DNA from: an uncultured Planctomycetota bacterium
Lineage (GTDB): Bacteria; Planctomycetota; Planctomycetia; Pirellulales; Lacipirellulaceae
Reading direction: 5' to 3'
DNA length: 64,000 nucleotides
Assembly: GCA_963713365.1 (NCBI GenBank)
Contig: CAVQLN010000016.1
Span: forward strand, 2,636 to 66,635
The notes beneath the pieces were generated by a model. The model saw only the letters and a program-made list of their open reading frames with translations, did not search any database and was not told the DNA's origin. The translations under genes and the position numbers were made by a program. Numbering within the stretch: position 1 is the stretch's first letter; the number at the start of each line of letters is the position of its first letter. Below are positions 11,302 through 20,959 of the stretch, piece after piece.

Positions 11302-13493
11302 TACCGCCGCGCATTCTCATAAAACGGCCGCTCTTCTTCGCCCGCCGCTTGAATGGTGACGCGCGGCAAGCGGCGGCCGGCGATCGCCCGGCTCACGCGG
11401 GCCGGCTGCTTCTTGGCCGGCGGTGCGACCGACTTGGCGAGCTGCGTGTACTTGGCGGCGTTCGTGTTCTCGCCCATCTGCTCGTACATCGTTGCCAGGT
11501 TGGTGTAAGGCACTGCGAGCGCCGACTTGGCCAGGATACCGTCCTCGACGGCCATCTCGATCAAGCTGGCCCCGCTCTGCGTCACTTCCAGCGCACGGCT
11601 CTGCTGGCCGAGCTGCCAGTAGGTAACGCCGATGCTCACGAGCATCTCGCCTTCGCGGCGCGGCGCGTACAGCTCGGAAACCGGCCGCGGTCCATTGAGT
11701 AGCGGCGTGGCCTTGTCATACCACTGGGCGGCCTTCGTATGGTCCTGTTGATGCACAGCGTGCACGGCGCCCATGTGGAAGTAAAGCTGGCCGACCAGTT
11801 GCTCCGACGAGTGCACCGCCTGGCGCGACACGGCCCCGGCGGCCAAATGCTCGATTGCCTTCTGCCCATACGAGATCGCGTCGATCGTCTGGCGCCGCGA
11901 ATGCTCGACGCGCATCGCGTTGTGGTAGGCGATGCCCAATTCCCATTTGATTTGCTGCTGCCACAGGTCATCGTCGTATTGCGCGAGCAACGTCCCAGCG
12001 GCTTCCTCTGCCTCGGCAACCCAAGGCGAGGGATCGAGCGTCGGCTTGAAGCTGGCCAGCGCTGCGAGCGCCCGCTGGGCAATCAATAGCCGCAGCTCCA
12101 CGCTGCCACCGTCGTTTTCGATGTATTCCTCAGCCAGCCCGGATGCCCGGCCAATCCATTGCGACAGGCTTTCTACCTTCTCGTTGAATGCCTGACGGGC
12201 AATCTCCTCGGCCACCGACATGTGCGCCTCGACCATCAGCCGCTTGGCGGCACGTCGATCCTTGCGCTCCGCATCGGTCGCGACGCGATCGGCGAGTTCG
12301 ATGGCCCGCGTGTGGAAGGGAATGGCTTTCGAAGCAATCTGCACATCGCCCAGCGACGCGAGCTTGGCCATTTCGTGCAGCGCTTGGGCGTGAACAATAT
12401 CTTCGAGATCCTTGCGGTCCAGCACACCGCGAGTTCGATGCACGGCTTCGTCATACTCGCCGAGCAAGGCTTGCGTCTGGCCGCGGCGAAGTTGATAGGC
12501 AGCATTCCACGGCTCGATATCGCACGCGGCGGCCGCTTCGGCGTCGGCCGAATCGGCCTGCCCCGTGGCCATGTACACTTCGGAAAGCAGCCAATGGGCG
12601 TGGGCGAAATCCGGATCCAGCGAAATGGCAGTTTCAAGGTCGCGGACGTTCTTCTCGTAGGGGCCCTGCAGGCGGTTCTCCGCTCGCAGTGCAAAGGCGC
12701 GCGAATCGAGCGGTTGAATTACTACTTGCGAAACGCTCACCGGCAGGCCATCTTCGCCAACTGGCCCAATGCTGTCCGACTCGTCGAACATGAAAAGCAC
12801 GCCGCGTTCCGGAAACGCCTGGCCGAGCGGCACTTCCTCGGCGTCATCCACGGTTACCGGGTCGATCTCTTCGAGTCCAAGCTGCTTGGCCAGTTGCTTT
12901 GGATCAAGCGCCGCGGCAAGCGTTACTTTGATGGCCGATAGGACGCCGCTCTCGGTCGCCAACACCTCGACCGATTTAAATGGTTCAATCGAGTAAATCA
13001 GAACGGCTCCGTCGTCGGTTGCGACGGATTCAGACGGCTCACCCCAAGTCTCCGTCAGCTCTTCCTTGGTCGATTCGCCGACGATCATGCCCTGGAATTT
13101 GACAGGCTGGTACGGGATCGCAGCGGCCGCGGCAGTCGCTTTGTCCGCTTCGCCGGTAGCTTTTGCGTTGGTCTGCTCGGACTGGGTCTTTGCCAGCGCA
13201 GCGCCGAATTTCGACGCTTCCTTCTCGTTCTCGCTGGCGAGCTCGGGGGAGGGTTCGGATGACTGCGATGTTGGCTCCAACGTTTCGGCTTCGGCTGGCG
13301 ACTTCGCTTCGTCGTTTGACGAAGGCTGCGTGTCAGTCGTGTCAGTCGGTGAGTCGGACGGCACATCCCGTGTCGTGATCAGAACCGATCCTTCATTGAC
13401 CGAGGGATCGACCTTTTCCTCAGCCGACGCGGCCATTGGCAACAGAACGAGCGACAGCAACCCTAAAACGGCGGAACGGAAACTGGTGCGCAT
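11301..13493 (-). CDS. Secreted TPR-repeat protein
   Basis: Intact 730-aa ORF. Signal peptide MRTSFRSAVLGLLSLVLLPMAASA, an acidic Ser/Thr-rich linker, then long helical TPR-like repeats. Confidence 0.75.
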   Translation of the reverse strand: MRTSFRSAVLGLLSLVLLPMAASAEEKVDPSVNEGSVLITTRDVPSDSPTDTTDTQPSSNDEAKSPAEAETLEPTSQSSEPSPELASENEKEASKFGAALAKTQSEQTNAKATGEADKATAAAAAIPYQPVKFQGMIVGESTKEELTETWGEPSESVATDDGAVLIYSIEPFKSVEVLATESGVLSAIKVTLAAALDPKQLAKQLGLEEIDPVTVDDAEEVPLGQAFPERGVLFMFDESDSIGPVGEDGLPVSVSQVVIQPLDSRAFALRAENRLQGPYEKNVRDLETAISLDPDFAHAHWLLSEVYMATGQADSADAEAAAACDIEPWNAAYQLRRGQTQALLGEYDEAVHRTRGVLDRKDLEDIVHAQALHEMAKLASLGDVQIASKAIPFHTRAIELADRVATDAERKDRRAAKRLMVEAHMSVAEEIARQAFNEKVESLSQWIGRASGLAEEYIENDGGSVELRLLIAQRALAALASFKPTLDPSPWVAEAEEAAGTLLAQYDDDLWQQQIKWELGIAYHNAMRVEHSRRQTIDAISYGQKAIEHLAAGAVSRQAVHSSEQLVGQLYFHMGAVHAVHQQDHTKAAQWYDKATPLLNGPRPVSELYAPRREGEMLVSIGVTYWQLGQQSRALEVTQSGASLIEMAVEDGILAKSALAVPYTNLATMYEQMGENTNAAKYTQLAKSVAPPAKKQPARVSRAIAGRRLPRVTIQAAGEEERPFYENARR

Positions 13494-13776
13494 CGCGGCC
13501 CCCCCTGAAATTCACCGACGGTCTTAATAGACCTGTGGATGGGCACCGTCGCAGTACGGCGCCTACTTTCCCAGCTAATCAATAAACTCGTTGCGACCGG
13601 TCCATCCGGTCTCTCAGTTTTCATCGGCACAACCGGAAGTGACTTCCACGCTTTATCGCCAAGAATCTCCCCCAGAAGTGGCCCTGCGATAGCAATGCCA
13701 GCAAGGCGAACGCCCGTACGTTGTTACGCTTCATGAAAAGCGAGCCGGCTCGTCCGCGAGCCCGGTTGGCATCGAA

Positions 13777-15054
13777 CTAGAAGCCGCTGCGACTACTTCC
13801 CCCCGCGACCGAGTCGCGAGCCAGCAACGGCTGCAGTGCAGCTAAGCACGCAGCCGTATCATTCGCCGCGGCGGCAGCCCTGGCACCTTCGAGCGCCGCC
13901 GTCTGCTCGGCGGTGAATGGGACGGCGGAATCGGGCGCCGGTTGAAGCGGAACGAGAGCACGGCCAACAGCCGCGATCAGCTCGGCGACGCCCTCGCCCG
14001 TAACGGCACTCGTGCTCACGAGGGACTGGCTTGTGCCGCGTATCGGGTCCGCCGAATTCCGCCAGTGCTTCTCCTGAATATTTCGAGCCGCCAGCCGACT
14101 ATGAGTTTCAGCAAGCAGGTCAATCTTGTTGAACACGTGAATTACGCGTGGCCGCAATGATTCTTCCGCGAGAATCTTAGAAACCAGCTCTTCAGTGCTA
14201 TCGTGGATTGGCTGCGTGGCATCGTGGACAAAGATAGCCACGTCAGCATGTGCCAGAGTCGTCGTCGCCAATTCGATCCCCGCGGACTCTAATTCATCTT
14301 GGGGGTCACGAAGTCCGGCCGTATCGGCAAGTTCCACCGGCCAGCCGTCGATTGCCGTCGATGTCGTCACCACGTCGCGGGTCGTTCCCGGCTGATGAGA
14401 GACGATCGACCGCTGGTATCCGGCAAGCAAATTGATAAGGCTGCTTTTGCCGACGTTCGTCCGGCCGGTGAGCACTACGCGCCACGGCGCGGTTAAGTGC
14501 ATCCCTAAGTCACGGAACGCCAACACCGCTTCAATTAAATCGTTCGCTTGCCGCCAATTTTCGGACTGGATCGCCAGACGTATTTCGCGGGCCGCAGCAG
14601 CCAGAGCGCCATGGTATTGGTCGAGCAAGATCGCCGCGGTGCGCGCCGTTGGAGCGTCGGCCAGTGCGATTTGAGCTGCCGCGCGGATCGGATCGTCGCA
14701 CGTGCGGCGCAGCCACTCCTGCCAGGAAATCTGCCGGCAACCACGATCGACGAGCCGTGTAATTATCGCCGCTACGGCTGCGATGCCGCCATGGCAGTGA
14801 ATCTCGATTTGATCGTTCGACCGGCGGCAGACGACGACCTCTTCGCCGGACGGCCCGCCGAAACGTCCAAAAGCAATTTGCTGCAATGGCACGTCACCGA
14901 GACGGCAACCGCGTGCCGTCGCGAAGCATTGCTCCACTATCGGCAGCGCATCGGCGCCCGCAACCAACACAACCGCCACGGCCCCGCGGCCGACCGGCGT
15001 CAACTCAACTACTTCGGTCGCACCATTCGCTCGAGCACGAGAAGAATCCGGCAT
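13777..15054 (-). CDS. mnmE: tRNA modification GTPase MnmE
   Basis: Intact 425-aa ORF with the G-domain motifs GRTNVGKSSLINLL, DTAGLRD and NKIDL, and an MnmE-like N-terminal domain. Confidence 0.88.
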   Translation of the reverse strand: MPDSSRARANGATEVVELTPVGRGAVAVVLVAGADALPIVEQCFATARGCRLGDVPLQQIAFGRFGGPSGEEVVVCRRSNDQIEIHCHGGIAAVAAIITRLVDRGCRQISWQEWLRRTCDDPIRAAAQIALADAPTARTAAILLDQYHGALAAAAREIRLAIQSENWRQANDLIEAVLAFRDLGMHLTAPWRVVLTGRTNVGKSSLINLLAGYQRSIVSHQPGTTRDVVTTSTAIDGWPVELADTAGLRDPQDELESAGIELATTTLAHADVAIFVHDATQPIHDSTEELVSKILAEESLRPRVIHVFNKIDLLAETHSRLAARNIQEKHWRNSADPIRGTSQSLVSTSAVTGEGVAELIAAVGRALVPLQPAPDSAVPFTAEQTAALEGARAAAAANDTAACLAALQPLLARDSVAGGSSRSGF

Positions 15055-15060
15055 CGCTAG

Positions 15061-15936
15061 TCAGCCCCCGGCTCTTTTGGACTGAGCTTGTCGAATGTCG
15101 CCAGGGGTTCTCGATCCCAGCAACGCAATGCCGGCCAAAACTAAGTGCGGCTCATGGACGACCGCAAGCCCATGGCGCTCTTTCAGGACGTCAGCAACCA
15201 ATTGCGACTGCGCCACCAGACGCAAACACGTCCGGAGACGGCCCAAAATCGGTTGCGTACTGTTCGACAAGCTCGCGGATCGCGCCCACGGCTCCCCAAA
15301 ATAGACCCGCTGCAATCGCCGGCTCCGTGCTCTTGCCCAAGGCCGCCGGCGGCACGGACCATCAGATCCACCGCAACGCGCGGCAGCGCATCGGTCTGTT
15401 CATCGAGTGCCCGCGCCGACATCTCCAGTCCCGGCAAGATCGCGCCGCCGGCAAACGCGCCGTCACTCGTGACGACGTCGACCTTGATCGCGGTGCCAAG
15501 ATCAATGACGATGGCCGCTCGATCCGCTTGACGCAGCCGGTTCGCGGCCAGCGCCGCCATCAGCCGATCGGTGCCAACTCTCTCCGGGAAGTCGACCTCC
15601 AATCAAGCGGCACTTCGTCATTCGCGATACTGCATACAGCGACCAGTCGCGTTCCAATTGCCCGGCAATCCGTCGGATGACGCCCAGGAATCGATCTCTC
15701 GCCCCATTATGCACGCTCGAAATCCACCACGTTGCATCAGCTTTCACGCTGGACTCGCACCACGCTTCGAGTTTTGCCCCGTCGAAGTCGCCCTCGCGAT
15801 TCGCGAGCGGCAATTCAAGCGTTTGCGCCGGCAACGGCAACGATATAGGCGAAAACTCCCCTTGAAATCGCCCGAGCTTGATACGGGTGTTCCCTATATC
15901 AACGGCAACGAGAGTCGTATGGTCGTGACTTGGCAT
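15061..15936 (-). CDS. coaX: Type III pantothenate kinase, two frame changes
   Basis: ORFs 15502-15936 (LVAVDIGNTRIKLG), 15183-15602 (GTDRLMAALAA..VIDLGTAIKVDVV..GGAILPG) and 15061-15315 chain together, with joins near 15600 and 15310. Confidence 0.85.
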
Positions 15937-16153
15937 AAGAATTACGACACCGTCAGAATCCTTGTCAGCACTCGTATTCTATGCCAAATCGCAGTAGCGC
16001 ACGTCAACCAATTAGGGGCGGAGCTTGCCCCGCGCGGTTTGGTCCGAATGCGTGCCACCTCAGTCCTATCTCGCTTGAACCCCCGCCTCCAACGGGATAA
16101 ACTTGATACTCCCGCGAAGGCGCTGCAAAACCGCTTGCGTCTTCGCAATATCC

Positions 16154-16237
16154 GGGCCCGTGGCGGAATTGGCAGACGCGCAAGGTTGAGGGCCTTGTGC
16201 CCGCAAGGGCGTGCTGGTTCAACTCCAGTCGGGCCCA
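16154..16237 (+). tRNA. tRNA-Leu (anticodon GAG), class II with long variable arm
   Basis: Cloverleaf folded by hand. Acceptor GGGCCCG/CGGGCCC; anticodon stem CAAGG/CCTTG with loop TTGAGGG; variable arm GCCC-GCAA-GGGC; T arm GCTGG-TTCAACT-CCAGT; discriminator A. CCA is not encoded. Confidence 0.93.
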
Positions 16238-16500
16238 TTCGACTCGCTTCGCTCGCTCATGGCAGGCCATGCGAGTAACTATCTCGCAGCCCACTGCAAG
16301 ACTCGTCGAAGGGCGAGTGGAACGTCCTGAGCTTGTCGAAGGACTTGCCGCTCTTATTGATACTGGGACTCGGAACCAATCGTTCCGTGTCCCTTTTTTG
16401 TTCCGTTCGCGGTCTTTAACCAATGGGCAGCAAACCCGCAAACCATATAATTCGATAGACCGTTCACAGTCGATATTTCAAATCTGACATTACGTCGACC

Positions 16501-17028
16501 ATGGAACCCGAAACCATGATGCTCAACGAAACCATGCAGGGGGCCGTCAACGAGCAAATCAACAACGAGCTGTTCTCGATGTACAGCTACCTCTCGATGA
16601 GCGCCTACTGCGAGCACAAGCAGTTTCGCGGCTGCGCGCATTGGATGCGCCTGCAGAGCCAGGAGGAATACGGCCACGCCATGCGGCTGTACGATTTTCT
16701 GATCGCGCGCCAGGGACGCGTCAAACTGCAGCCGATCGCCCAGCCGCAATTCGATTTCGCGTCGATCCCCGACGTATTTCAAAAGGCGCTGGACCAAGAA
16801 CAGACGGTCACCGCGCAGATCAATTCGCTTTATGAGATGGCGTTCAAAGAAAAGTCGTTCGCGGCACTCGTCGAGTTGGAATGGTTCATCAACGAGCAGG
16901 TGGAAGAAGAGAAGACGGCCCGCGACATCGTCTACAAATTCCAGCTCGTCAAAGACGATCCAGCCGCGCTCTTGGATCTCGATCGCGAACTAGGAAGCCG
17001 CCAGCCAGAAGCCGCCGCCGCGAAGTAA
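16501..17028 (+). CDS. Ferritin (non-heme, Ftn-like)
   Basis: Intact 175-aa ORF with ferroxidase-site context NEQINNELFSMYSYLSM, QEEYGHAMRLYDF and EWFINEQVEEE. Confidence 0.88.
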   Translation: MEPETMMLNETMQGAVNEQINNELFSMYSYLSMSAYCEHKQFRGCAHWMRLQSQEEYGHAMRLYDFLIARQGRVKLQPIAQPQFDFASIPDVFQKALDQEQTVTAQINSLYEMAFKEKSFAALVELEWFINEQVEEEKTARDIVYKFQLVKDDPAALLDLDRELGSRQPEAAAAK

Positions 17029-17068
17029 CAAACTGCATCGGCGCCGGCGTTAACGGAATTACGAATTT

Positions 17069-17142
17069 GCCACAGAGGGCACAGAGTTCACGGAGACAAG
17101 TCGTGGTACCTTCTTCTCTGTGAACTCTGTGTACTCTGTGGC
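17069..17142. repeat. Heptamer-hairpin element, CACAGAG flavour (simple form)
   Basis: Left arm GCCACAGAGGGCACAGAGTTCACGGAGA (17069-17096). Right arm TCTCTGTGAACTCTGTGTACTCTGTGGC (17115-17142). The arms are imperfect inverted copies, each with 3 cores at 9-nt spacing, around an 18-nt loop. Confidence 0.7.
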
Positions 17143-17351
17143 CAACAATAAAGTTCTGAAGGGATCGGGCGACGAAACTTGTCCCGGAACCGCTCCGAAT
17201 CCGCCGAAGCGGCTGATCTCGCGCAAAGAAAGAGGCACCCCGCGAGCAGCGCCACCAGCGAGATGATGAGCAGTGCGAAGTAGATGGTCATCCGCGGCTT
17301 CGGCGCGGCGACGCGTATCGCGCCCGGTGACATGAGATCAGCTTGCGCCAT
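17088..17351 (-). CDS. Small single-pass membrane protein (paralog of 17364-17546); 3' end uncertain
   Basis: KPRMTIYFALLIISLVALLAGCLFL parallels RPRTSIYTVLLMIALMAILFSCLLL in the neighbour. After the TM segment an alternative frame (EISRFGGFGAVPG) resembles the neighbour (EMAQYGFQWKPP), so a frame change near 17225 is likely. The listed ORF tail runs into the hairpin repeat. Confidence 0.45.
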   Translation of the reverse strand: MAQADLMSPGAIRVAAPKPRMTIYFALLIISLVALLAGCLFLCARSAASADSERFRDKFRRPIPSELYCWPQSTQSSQRRRYHDLSP

Positions 17352-17363
17352 ACCGTCCTCGAC

Positions 17364-17546
17364 CTATACCGTCAAAACTTCGGCTGAACTGACAGGCATG
17401 ACCGAACTAAGATTCGCCGGCGGTTTCCACTGGAAACCGTACTGCGCCATCTCGATCACCAGCAACAGGCAGCTGAACAAGATCGCCATCAGCGCAATCA
17501 TCAGCAGCACCGTGTAGATCGACGTCCTGGGCCGGCGGACCAATAC
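17364..17546 (-). CDS. Small single-pass membrane protein; start uncertain
   Basis: C-terminal part of ORF 17364-17702. The upstream part overlaps gene 17560-18413, so a later non-ATG start near 17546 is assumed. Confidence 0.4.
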   Translation of the reverse strand, partial: VLVRRPRTSIYTVLLMIALMAILFSCLLLVIEMAQYGFQWKPPANLSSVMPVSSAEVLTV

Positions 17547-17559
17547 GCCTTGCGGACGC

Positions 17560-18413
17560 TCAGAGCTTGAGTCGGGTAGCGACACGGTCACCCTCCTGTA
17601 TCTGGCCCTGCTGAAACCGCCGCTCGACTCGCCCGACCGACTTATCCGGCGACGTTTCCAGAATCGCAAGCCGGCCCAAATACCGGTTGCCGCGGAACAC
17701 AATCACTGAGTCCCCTTCTTTCAATCCATCGTCGGCGCCGATGGTCACTTCAACCAACTGGTCCCCCGGAACGCGGCGGACCTGGCTCACCACGCCGTCG
17801 ACGGTCGGCACCACGCCCGACGGATCCGTATCCGGATTGATGTCGCGCGATTGCATCACCGTTCTCATCCCGGCAACCTGCTGGGTGAGCTGTTGCATCC
17901 GTTCCTGAGCTGTTTCATACTTCCCGATGAGCTGATGAAGCTGTTCGGTCGAGGCCAGCGTTTCCTTGAACGCCGCGTCGCGGGCTTGCTCGCGGTGCGG
18001 ATCTGCTGCCGCAAATTTGTGACCTCGGCTGCCAATTTATCGTTATTAGCCTGCGTTGCCGCCACCGCGGCCGTCGCCTGGGCGATGTCCTGATTCAGCT
18101 TGTCCAGCTCGGCCTGAATTCCCTGATTGCGCGCGACAAGCCCGGTCCGCTCGCTTTCCAGTTTGCGAACCTGTTGTTCGGACGACTCACGTTCGCCTTC
18201 AAGTTCCTCAACTTTGCGATTGTGTTGTGCGATCAGTTCTTGGTTTTTTTGTTCCGCCTGCTGAAGCCTGGTACGCAGACCTGGCGAGCCCGCCGTGCCT
18301 TCGATGACATCCTTCCAATTCTTATGCGTGGCATACACGGCCATGGCCAGGCCCATGAACACGAGGCTCATGATGAGAATCAGCACAACGAAAACCTTGC
18401 CCAGCCAATTCAT
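17560..18413 (-). CDS. Membrane-anchored coiled-coil protein with a small C-terminal beta-barrel-like domain, one frame change
   Basis: MNWLGKVFVVLILIMSLVFMGLAMAV is the TM segment, followed by long heptad-rich helices. ORF 17865-18557 joins ORF 17560-17898 near 18000. The C-terminus reads DGLKEGDSVIVFRGNRYLGRLAI..IQEGDRV. Confidence 0.6.
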
Positions 18414-18732
18414 AGTTCGTTCCCTTTTGTTTCCTGACAGCGCATCAAGCCTCTTGCGGCTTAGCTTTGGCGCGCCTAGAAACCTCGACGCAAAGTAATG
18501 TGCTCGCCGGTCACGACCACCAGCGCGTAGCGTGCCCGCATATTCCCCGGCATGCAACCAACCAAAGCAGCCATCCGGCCGTCGGAACAGGTTGGTGCGC
18601 CTGGAGATAGTTCCTAAAGAGTTACCTACTAGCAGTATAGGCAGCCGCGACTGGAAATGTCAATTTTCGGCCCGAGGCGGAATTCGTGGCGAAAACGATA
18701 TAGTATAGTCGGGGACGACAGGGAAACTGCCT

Positions 18733-19773
18733 ATGAATCGTCGATTGCTCGTCAAATTTATCGTTGTGCTGTTCTCAGTGGCAAACGACGGTTTCGCGGA
18801 TTCGACCACGTTGCCAGAAATCACGAATCAATACCGATTCGACGATGGAAGCGGAACGACCGCTGTCGACTCGGTCGGCGGCAATCACGCTGTGTTGCAT
18901 AACTTTGGCGCCGGCAACTCGCAATGGATTGCCGGCACGTTCGGAAGTGGGGTGAATTACACGAATGAGAACGAATATGTGATCACTAATTCACCTATTT
19001 CCGCGGGTGCCGCGAATCAGTTTAGCGTGTCATTTTGGTCGCGACTCAATAGTCGGCCGAATTTGAACGACTCCGTTCTCCTGACTCCGCAAACGGAAAA
19101 CTGGATTTCGTACAATCCGACGGGTAATTCAAATTCTCTGGGCAAGCGGGGGATCGGCGTAGGCGGCATTCGGGACCCGAATGAACCAGTACTGGGCGTC
19201 TGGGAAAACTACGTTGTCACTTATGATCGTCCTGCGGGTATTCTCTCTGTCTACCGCAACGGCGTACTGCGCGACACAGGAGATATCGCTCTGCCCTCGT
19301 TGAACCGGCGGTGGGTGTTCGGGCACAATCAGGATCCGGGCAACACGAATGGCTCCTGGCACGGGGCCTTGGATGAAATCCAATTCTATAACCGTGTGCT
19401 CACCGTGAACGAGATACAAATGTTAGTTTTCGACCCACATCCGCAAGGAGATTACAACCGTGACGGGATTGTCGATGCCGCTGACTATGTGGTGTGGCGG
19501 CATCATTTGGGGCAAGTTGTTCCGGCGTGCAGCGGCGCCGATGCCAACTGCAATACCTTCGTGGAGGTCGGCGAATACCAAATCTGGAGAAGTAACTACG
19601 GTCAGTCTTTTGGCGGCGGCAGTGCGATTGCCACTGGGACCCAGTACGGCGAACACATGGCAAACGTTCCTGAATCCACGTCGCTCCTCAGCACGTTGGG
19701 CTTCGTAGCCATTGCCATCAGCGAACTACGGAAGCGGCGCACGGGTGCGACGGGCTTCGCCAGTGCTTCCTGA
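18733..19773 (+). CDS. Secreted LamG/concanavalin-like lectin-domain protein with a dockerin-like segment and a PEP-CTERM-type tail
   Basis: Intact 346-aa ORF: signal peptide, WHGALDEIQFYNRVLT (LamG hallmark), GDYNRDGIVDAADYVVWRHHLG, and the tail VPESTSLLSTLGFVAIAISELRKRR. Visibly more AT-rich than its surroundings. Confidence 0.72.
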   Translation: MNRRLLVKFIVVLFSVANDGFADSTTLPEITNQYRFDDGSGTTAVDSVGGNHAVLHNFGAGNSQWIAGTFGSGVNYTNENEYVITNSPISAGAANQFSVSFWSRLNSRPNLNDSVLLTPQTENWISYNPTGNSNSLGKRGIGVGGIRDPNEPVLGVWENYVVTYDRPAGILSVYRNGVLRDTGDIALPSLNRRWVFGHNQDPGNTNGSWHGALDEIQFYNRVLTVNEIQMLVFDPHPQGDYNRDGIVDAADYVVWRHHLGQVVPACSGADANCNTFVEVGEYQIWRSNYGQSFGGGSAIATGTQYGEHMANVPESTSLLSTLGFVAIAISELRKRRTGATGFASAS

Positions 19774-19915
19774 GAATTACCGAGTTGTAATACCGTCGAG
19801 CAGAGCGCACGGCAGCTTGCGATCGAACTCAAGCTGATATAAGTCGATGAAATGCTCAAGCCGCAAGGCCCTGACAGGCAGCGCACTCGCCGCGGCGAGT
19901 GGCACCCACGAACCC

Positions 19916-20134
19916 TCAATTCGACGGAAAGCACGCGCAGCTCGACCCGCACGGTCCTTGCGGAATATCACGCTGCGCATCAGCCGCCCCGTTTCGTGAC
20001 GGCGCCGAAACGACCGATAACAGCTTGGTCAGCTTCGCGCTGCCGCATTCGGGGCAGGTCGGATCCTGGCCGGAGTGCACAAGTAGCTCCGACTCGCGGC
20101 TGCATTCCCGGCACAGATATTCGTAGAGCGGCAT
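19916..20134 (-). CDS. FmdB-family zinc-ribbon protein
   Basis: MPLYEYLCRECS....CPECGS is the classic CxxC...CxxC N-terminus. I place the start at ATG 20134. Confidence 0.75.
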   Translation of the reverse strand: MPLYEYLCRECSRESELLVHSGQDPTCPECGSAKLTKLLSVVSAPSRNGAADAQRDIPQGPCGSSCACFPSN

Positions 20135-20163
20135 CGTCGCACCTGCTTCAATCAATTACGCAA

Positions 20164-20959
20164 TTACCAACGGTCACTTGGCCGGCGGATGATCTCGTTG
20201 ATGATGATCGCCTGCCGTACACCTTCCGGATTGGCCAGCAATGTGGCGATCTGTGCTGCCGGCGTCTCGGTGGCGCGGACGGCAGCGGCCTGCTGCTCGG
20301 CGGCCGTCACCGCGCTGCCCGTCAGCGTGCCCACCGTGTGGTCGAACTTCGCCTTGAGCTGCACGTCGAATTGATGATCGTCTTCAATAATGCGCTGGCC
20401 CAATCGCGATGTTTGCTCAGAGATGGATTTCGCGTGCGCAGCCACGCTCTCGGCGACGTGCTCCGCCACCGTTTCGCGGCGCGGTTGCGACGGGCGACGC
20501 GGCGGCCGCGGCTTACGCCCGGCGGCGGCCTGTTGCGGCCGGAGCGGCGATGGTGGCGCGCGTCGGCTCCATCGGCCGAAGCGGCTCCGACAGCGGCCGG
20601 CGTTCCGGTGCGATTGCGGCGTCCTCATCCAGCAGGATCTCGACCTCCCGCGGCACGGCAGGCCGGGCCTGACGTGGCTGGTTGCCTTGCGGCCCGCGGC
20701 CCGCACGACGCAAGAACTCTTCCACCTGGTTGCGAAGCGGATCGGCCTGTTGCCCGGCCGGCTGCGCTCCAGCCCCGGCCGGCGCCGCCCCACCGGCGGC
20801 TGCCCCGCCCCCGGCTGGGCGTGGCGGTTCGACCTTTTTTGCCCCGTCAAATACCTGCTTGAGAACCCACAGCAGCGGCACCAGCAGCGCGAGAATGCTG
20901 CCGATCACTTCGCCGATGTCGGCCAGCAGCAGTGGTTGAATTCCTGCGCCCATAATCAC
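20164..20959 (-). CDS. Hypothetical membrane protein with a Pro/Ala/Gly-rich linker, one frame change
   Basis: ORF 20513-20959 (TM segment [15 protein letters not shown]) joins ORF 20164-20850 near 20520. Its start overlaps the floA stop by 4 nt. Confidence 0.5.

Noticed and set aside
16004-16441. 145-aa minus-strand ORF (and 15942-16238) over the tRNA region
   Set aside because: It overlaps a well-folding tRNA-Leu on the opposite strand and has no recognisable protein features.
16238-16500. Genomic island or integrase remnant downstream of tRNA-Leu
   Set aside because: No integrase gene, no duplicated tRNA 3' end and no composition break were seen. There are only short hairpins and an 8-bp GTCGAAGG direct repeat. 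The next gene is ferritin.
19884-19901. Palindrome CACTCGCC-GC-GGCGAGTG after the FmdB stop as a terminator
   Set aside because: The loop is too short for the full stem and no T-run follows on either strand, so it is too weak to list as a feature.
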